Assembly (NCBI GenBank): GCA_964016885.1
Contig: OZ024748.1
Coordinates: forward strand, 39,060,001-39,124,000
DNA from: Eledone cirrhosa
Taxonomy: Eukaryota
Length of the DNA: 64,000 nucleotides
Reading direction: 5' to 3'
This document shows, piece after piece, positions 58,200 through 64,000 of the stretch (position 1 is its first letter; each line of letters starts with the position of its first letter). The notes under the pieces are model-generated. The model was given only the letters and a program-made list of their open reading frames with translations, was not told the origin of the DNA and did no database searches. The translations under genes and the position numbers were made by a program.

Positions 58200-58698
58200 T
58201 ATATCAAAACGCTAAGAATACTTTCATCACTCCCTAGAGTGTCTAGGGCCTTAAAAGAACACAGTATGCCCCCCATATCAACCACAGAAATCAACCCTTC
58301 CAATTCATCTGACAATATATTGCCAAGTTCATTAGAAGCAATCAGAATCAAGAGCAAACAAAAAACAAAATTATTCAACAAGACTTATTTAGCAGAAATC
58401 ATTTAAAAGATTTAGGAGACCCTGTTGTTCTACAGATGCTCTTATATTTAGTATAGAAGTTTATCTAGCGTAAAATTTATTCAATAGATTGGGAGCGTCT
58501 ACAATTTAGGGTAGTTTAATTACATCATTAGTATATATTTATGAAGAAGGTTTAAAAAAGAAAAAGTTGAACGAATCGAAAGATTTATCGTCAGGTTTCA
58601 TAATTAATTAAATAAATATCTTAACTAAATATACTACATTTTAAATTTATATTTATATTTAAACGTTGAGTTCAATCTATGTCTGCAGCAACTGAATG
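58200..58698 (-). mobile_element. Diverged 3' portion of the PLE family at 22966-25550
   Basis: Homologous to 24100-24520, e.g. atactacattttaaattt..aaacgttgag. Confidence 0.8.
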
Positions 58699-58922
58699 GT
58701 GGTCAGGGTGGCCGTGATCTTTTGTGTGGTTTTCGCCACGAGTGACCCTCTGAGGTTTCCCCCTTTTGGGGGAATTTTTGTTGTTTGAATTTTTTTTTTT
58801 TTCTAACTTGTTATAACCTTTTTACACGGCCAAAACCCACTTTGTATTGTCGTGTACTGTTCTGTGCCGTCTGTAATGTTTTTCTTCCTGTTAGCCCTTG
58901 TGGCCAATAAAGAAACTATTAT
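58699..58922 (+). mobile_element. 3' end of a Tx1-related LINE
   Basis: Ends cccttgtggccaataaagaaa, like the Tx1 3' ends at 3524-3960. Confidence 0.55.
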
Positions 58923-58925
58923 TAA

Positions 58926-59325
58926 GGGTCGGACACCATGCTTTGACGCATAGTTACGGCCCTTGCCATTCTGAGTTCAAATCCCGCCGAGGTTAACTTT
59001 GCCTTTCATTCTTACGGGGTCGATAAAATAAAGTACCAGTCACGCACTGGGGTCGATTTAATCGACTTTCCCCTCCCCCAGAATTGCTGGCCTTGTGCCT
59101 ATAGAAGAAATCATTATTATTATTGTTCTGGGCGGTGGATTGGCAGTATCGGTAGAGGGTCGGACGCCATGCTTTCCAGTTAAGTTACGTCCCTTTATGA
59201 TTTGAGTTCAAATCCCGCCGAGGTTGACTTTGCCTTTCATCCTTACGGGGTCGATAAAATAAAGTACCAGTAATGAACTGGTTAATTTCTGGCCTTGTGC
59301 TTAAAGTAGAAACAATTATTATTAT
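58926..59325 (+). mobile_element. Two tandem tRNA-derived SINEs with (ATT)n tails
   Basis: ~58926-59125 and ~59130-59325; A-box-like tggcagtatcgg and B-box gagttcaaatcc. Confidence 0.87.
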
Positions 59326-61092
59326 TGTTCTTTGAGACTCAGTCATTGATGTTATTTAACTGGAAAGTTTATTGAAATGAATATCAAGCCGCTACCTGCA
59401 GCCTCAGATATTCAGGACGTATTGGAGGGTTCTTGCTGTTCCCAGTAAGCATGCCTTTTGAAGTGTTCCAAAAAGCGGGGCTGGACTAATCTTCTTTAAC
59501 AATCCTTGGAAACTCTTTGAGATAGTACCTAGTGCGCCTATGACAATCGGGACGACCTTGATTTCATGGCAGTTCCAAATCCTTTTTAACTCTGACTTTA
59601 AGTCCTGGTATCGGTTAATTTTCTCCCTCTCCTTTTCTTGTACTCTCGTGTAAAATGGGCAGACTACATCTACAATCAGGCACGATCTTTTTTCCTTGTC
59701 CAAAACCACCAGGTCAGGTCTATTGTGTTCTAATTTCTTGTCCGTCTGTATCCAAAAATCCCACAGCACCTTCACCTGATCGTTTTCTATCACCGACTCT
59801 GGCTTATGCTCATGCCACTTCTCAGAATGTGGTAAATTGTTTCCTTTGTGTAGATGACAGTGGATCACCCTGCCCATCACATCATATCTCCAGCCTTTAT
59901 AGTGAGTCTGGGCTAGGTCTTTACACTCGGATACAATGTGAGTCTCAGTCTCCTCTCTCTCCACAGATCCTACACATTGGACTAGCCTCCTTGTAAATAT
60001 GGCGTTTCACCCACTTCGTTCTGAGGGCCTGCTCTTGCGCAGCCATTAGCATTCCTTCTGTAGCTTTTTTAAGGTCTCCTCGTTTTAACCAGTTCCATGT
60101 CTGTGGATCTCTAAATTCAGTTTCTAAAGAAGGTACTATGAAGGGATATTTCATGAAGGTTGCTCTTTCTCCTTGTTGTTATTTCCTCCTTGGACATCCC
60201 CTGGTCTATTGTCTTCTCCTTCAGTACAATTTTGAGCATTGGCTCCTTACTGTCAGTCAGGTATTTGTGCAGGTTGTTTTTCTCCATCTGAACACAGTCC
60301 TCTATGCTGATAAGACCTCTTCCACCTTCAAATCTCCTTAAGTAGAGTCTATCGATATCACTCCTCTTGTGGAACATGTTGTAGATAGTCAATAGCTTCC
60401 TAGTCTTTCTATCCATTTCTTTTTGTTCAGCAACATTCCATTTCAGAATAGACACAGCTCGGGAATTCACTGCACTTATGACATTCCTACTGTTCAGGTG
60501 TGACTTTAATACGCTCCTTACTCTCCTTATGTACTCAGATCTTATCAATTCCTTCATTTTTTTGTTCTTGATGTCATCTGCCTCCAGAACACCTAAATAC
60601 TTGTATCCTTCTTCAGTGTCAATTTCTTTTATCATCTCATCTGTTGGTACCTGGATTCCGTTGCTTCTGCTCAATTTACCCCTCTTCATCACTAGGACTC
60701 CACACTTATTAATACCAAATTGCATACATTACGGACAGTGTCAACAAGCACATCCAACTCCTTCTCACTCTTCCCGAAGAGCTTAAGTTCGTCCATGAAG
60801 AGGAGGTGATTGATGGTAAGCTCTCCTTTTCCCAACTTGTATCCTGCTCTCACTTTTCGCAATATAATGGTCAGGGGTATCAAGGCAAGGACAAACAGCA
60901 GAGGGGACAAACTCTCTCCCTGGAAGATAACTCTCTTGATCTTCACGCCTCCCAAGGATTCTCCACTCGATGTTAACTCTGTTTCTCAGGACTTCATACT
61001 TTTTCTCAACAACTGTCTGATGTTATCTGCCACCTTGAAGATCTCTAGGCTTTTGGTGATCCAAGAATGAGGTACCATGTCGAATACCTTTT
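59326..61092 (-). mobile_element. R4/Dong-like non-LTR retrotransposon with restriction-like endonuclease, 5'-truncated
   Basis: RT IFQGESLSPLLF, NHLLFMDELKL, YKYLG; AAQEQAL; CRIC..ET..HIVSEC; LWDF.IQTD..HNRPDLV..IVDV.CP..K..RY; LQKACLLGT. Confidence 0.92.
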
Positions 61093-61127
61093 AGCAGTAG
61101 CAGTAGTAATGTTATTATTAAAATTGC

Positions 61128-61318
61128 CAGTGGATTGGCAGTATCGGTAGAGGGTCGGACGCCCTGCTTTATAGCAAAGAGTTAGGGCCCTTTATGTTCT
61201 GAGTTCAAATCCCGCCGAGGTTAACTTTGCCTTTCATCCTTACGGGGTCGATGAAATAAAGTACTAGTAATACACTGGGATAATTGCTGGCCTTGTGCCA
61301 AAAGTAGAAACAATTATT
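61128..61318 (+). mobile_element. tRNA-derived SINE
   Basis: Same family as 59130-59325. Confidence 0.85.
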
Positions 61319-61636
61319 AAAATTGCCTTTTCTATATCCTACACTGTTACGTAAACCCTCCCTTTTCTATCGCCTCTCTCTCTTTCTTTCTGCCTCAATA
61401 CATACATACATACAGACAGACACACACACGCTATCTATCTAGGACATAATTATTCCACGATCGACAAGTAACAGTACACAATAGCGCACTTATGACAGGC
61501 CAGAGATTTACGTGGGAGGTGATCTACCATAAATAACATCAATTCTACGAAACATCTGCCAAACCAACAAGAAACAGCCATGGACTTCTCCGATCTGTAA
61601 GAAAATCTTCTTTTCAATATTTCTTTCGAAATTATA

Positions 61637-61703
<67 letters not shown>

Positions 61704-61979
61704 ATATATATATATATATAGCGGCGATGAATTAGTTTTGCGAGGTTTTTTATATGAAATCGTGTGTCGAAACAAATATTGTTATACTTGGGGAGGGTCA
61801 TATTTGTGTAATATTGCCAGAATTAATAACAGAACACACTCACTGTTTGGTTGGTTTTCGCTTCTCGCTGTCTTTTATATCGGTAATCTAACTTACTCGG
61901 TCCTCAATGCTGCCATTGACTGACCGACGGTCAAAAATAATACAGATACAATATAGACACAAACACATATATATAGTTT

Positions 61980-62021
61980 ATCATAAATCTTTCGTTGCAC
62001 ATCTGCAACATCGTCAGTGGT
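61980..62021 (-). ncRNA. Hammerhead related to family E, weak stem I
   Basis: cca CUGACGA u guugca-gaug-ugcaac GAAA gauu UA uga. Confidence 0.6.
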
Positions 62022-62416
62022 GTTATATTTTCCTCCTGTTGTGTTGTATGTCTACGCCATTTTTATTCAGTCTGTCTATATATTTATTTATTTATTTGCT
62101 TGTTTGTTTATTTTATTTCGTCTTCTTTGCGTATGCGTTTGCGTGTGTGTATAGTGTTATGTTTGCTGTGTGATGGGTGACTAGTGTGTGTTTATGTGCT
62201 TGTTGTTATTGTGCTTGTGTATGTATTTATTTATTTATTTATCTTATTTTATTTACTTATTTATACTTCTCTTAGGTCAGTATTGTTTGTTTGGGTGTTG
62301 TTGTTATTCCATTCATTCTTTCTGTTTAGCTTTGGTCTTCTAATTTCTATTTCACTGGCCTCTCTGATTTGCCTATCTGCTGGGTCATTTCTATGTTTAG
62401 ATATTATTCTAATTTC

Positions 62417-62521
62417 TATGTTGTCTATGTTACCGTCATGTTGTTGTCTAGCATGTTCGTATAGTACTGAGTACTATACGAACATGCTAGACAACAACAT
62501 GACGGTAACATAGATAACATA
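62417..62521. repeat. Near-perfect palindrome, ~52 bp arms
   Basis: ..gtctagcatgttcgtatagtact-g-agtactatacgaacatgctagac.. Confidence 0.92.
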
Positions 62522-62552
62522 TTCTGGCAATATTACACAAATATGACCCTCC

Positions 62553-62602
<50 letters not shown>

Positions 62603-62627
62603 ATATATATATGTATATATGTATATA

Positions 62628-62721
<94 letters not shown>

Positions 62722-62725
62722 CATA

Positions 62726-63338
62726 CAGGGGTTGGACAAAATAATGGAAACACCTAGCATCATAGAATCATAATTTTGAAATATCTATAAAACCGTCAAA
62801 AGCTTGTTTATTTTTATTGTTCTCGAGGTGGTCATTAATTTTGGTAGTAATTTTGGTAGTAATTTTGGTAGTAATTTTGGTAGTAATTTGGCAGTAATTT
62901 TGGGAGCTGTACTTTTGTGATCCTTTCTAACAATTCGCGTAAGAGGCCGACGGTATCTATCTGAAAGTTTTGGTTTTCTTCCGGAGTTTTGTTTCGACGA
63001 GGAGGTTTTTCCCTCTTTCTCAAAGACTGTCATTACTTTCGAGACAGTACTTCTTGATACACCAAACATTTCGGCTGTTTTCGTTACGCTAGCGCCTGCC
63101 ATACGAGCACCAACAATTTGACCTCTTTGAAAGTCCGATAGATCTGTCATTTTAATGAATTTTAATTACCTTTTTCTGATGATATCTGGAGAGAAACAGC
63201 AATTTAAACAAATCATATTAAGCAACACTAATAATAAATTAAAAAAAACATAAAAATAAACAATCTTTTGACGGTTTTATAGATATTTCAAAATTATGAT
63301 GCTATGATGCGAGGTGTTTCCATTATTTTGTCCAACCC

Positions 63339-63341
<3 letters not shown>
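62726..63341 (-). mobile_element. Internally deleted Tc1 transposon with ~90 bp TIRs
   Basis: TA-CAGGGGTTGGACAAAATAATGG termini; ORF 62785-63150 DLSDFQRGQIVG..VSRSTVSKV..SGRKPKLS; internal 12-bp tandem. Confidence 0.93.
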
Positions 63342-63375
<34 letters not shown>

Positions 63376-63381
63376 ATGTAT

Positions 63382-63455
<74 letters not shown>

Positions 63456-63500
63456 GTGACGAAACATAAGTCAATTGCATGAACTCATAATCCTTTATTT

Positions 63501-63555
63501 ACTGCTATATATATTTCGATGATAGCCATTGAGTGGCTATGACCTCATCAGGCAG
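63501..63555 (-). ncRNA. Type I hammerhead (family D)
   Basis: acugc CUGAUGA ggucauagcca-cucaa-uggcuaucauc GAAA uauaua UA gcagu. Confidence 0.88.
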
Positions 63556-63624
63556 TTAGTAAGTTCTTAGATATGCCAGCTCTGTGCTTATGGTGTTGAT
63601 TCTTTCAGAGCCTTGGGGCATATC

Positions 63625-63686
<62 letters not shown>

Positions 63687-63755
63687 TATATAGATATATA
63701 TAATGTATAATGTATATATATAATGTATAGCTATACACTGTATATATAATCATAC

Positions 63756-63821
<66 letters not shown>

Positions 63822-63825
63822 CATA

Positions 63826-63970
63826 TTCCAGCATAGCTACGTCCGTTAACGATCTTAGTTCAAATCCCGACGAGGTTGACTTTGCCTTTCATCCTTACGG
63901 GGTCGATAAAATAAAGAAGCAGTAATGCACTGGGTAATTGCTGGCCTTGTGCCAAAAAAATGAAACAATT
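63826..63970 (+). mobile_element. 5'-truncated tRNA-derived SINE
   Basis: gttcaaatccc..cctttcatccttacggggtcgataaaataaag. Confidence 0.82.
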
Positions 63971-64000
63971 ATATATAATATATAATATAGATATGTAATA

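Noticed and set aside
59130-59220. tRNA gene
   Set aside because: A/B boxes belong to the SINE head; no cloverleaf.
63170-63210. CUGAUGA...GAAA inside the Tc1 element
   Set aside because: No convincing stem II or III; chance match.

Overview
AT-rich, microsatellite-saturated animal genomic DNA. The SINE and transposon repertoire suggests a mollusc, probably an octopod cephalopod (inference). No host protein-coding gene is recognisable, and almost all of the YI/CV/TH/ER-rich ORFs are microsatellite artefacts. The window is a mosaic of mobile DNA: Tx1/L1-clade LINEs, RTE-clade fragments (two with twin-priming inversions), an R4/Dong-type LINE, several Penelope-like elements (PLEs, Naiad-type GIY-YIG), an LTR-less Ty3/Gypsy gag-pol segment, mariner and Tc1 relics, non-autonomous Helitrons, a tRNA-derived SINE family and a 1.75 kb degenerate TTAGGG array. 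The main hidden signal is about 28 type I hammerhead ribozyme folds read by eye on both strands, in roughly a dozen sequence families. They include U3:A8 covariant cores, very long or branched stem II and U4A variants. They sit in PLE 3' ends, in small coding-free partial-tandem units resembling non-LTR retrozymes, inside Helitrons, and in fold-back palindromes of up to 2 kb per arm. All folds and coordinates were derived manually; boundaries may be off by a few bases and no activity has been shown.
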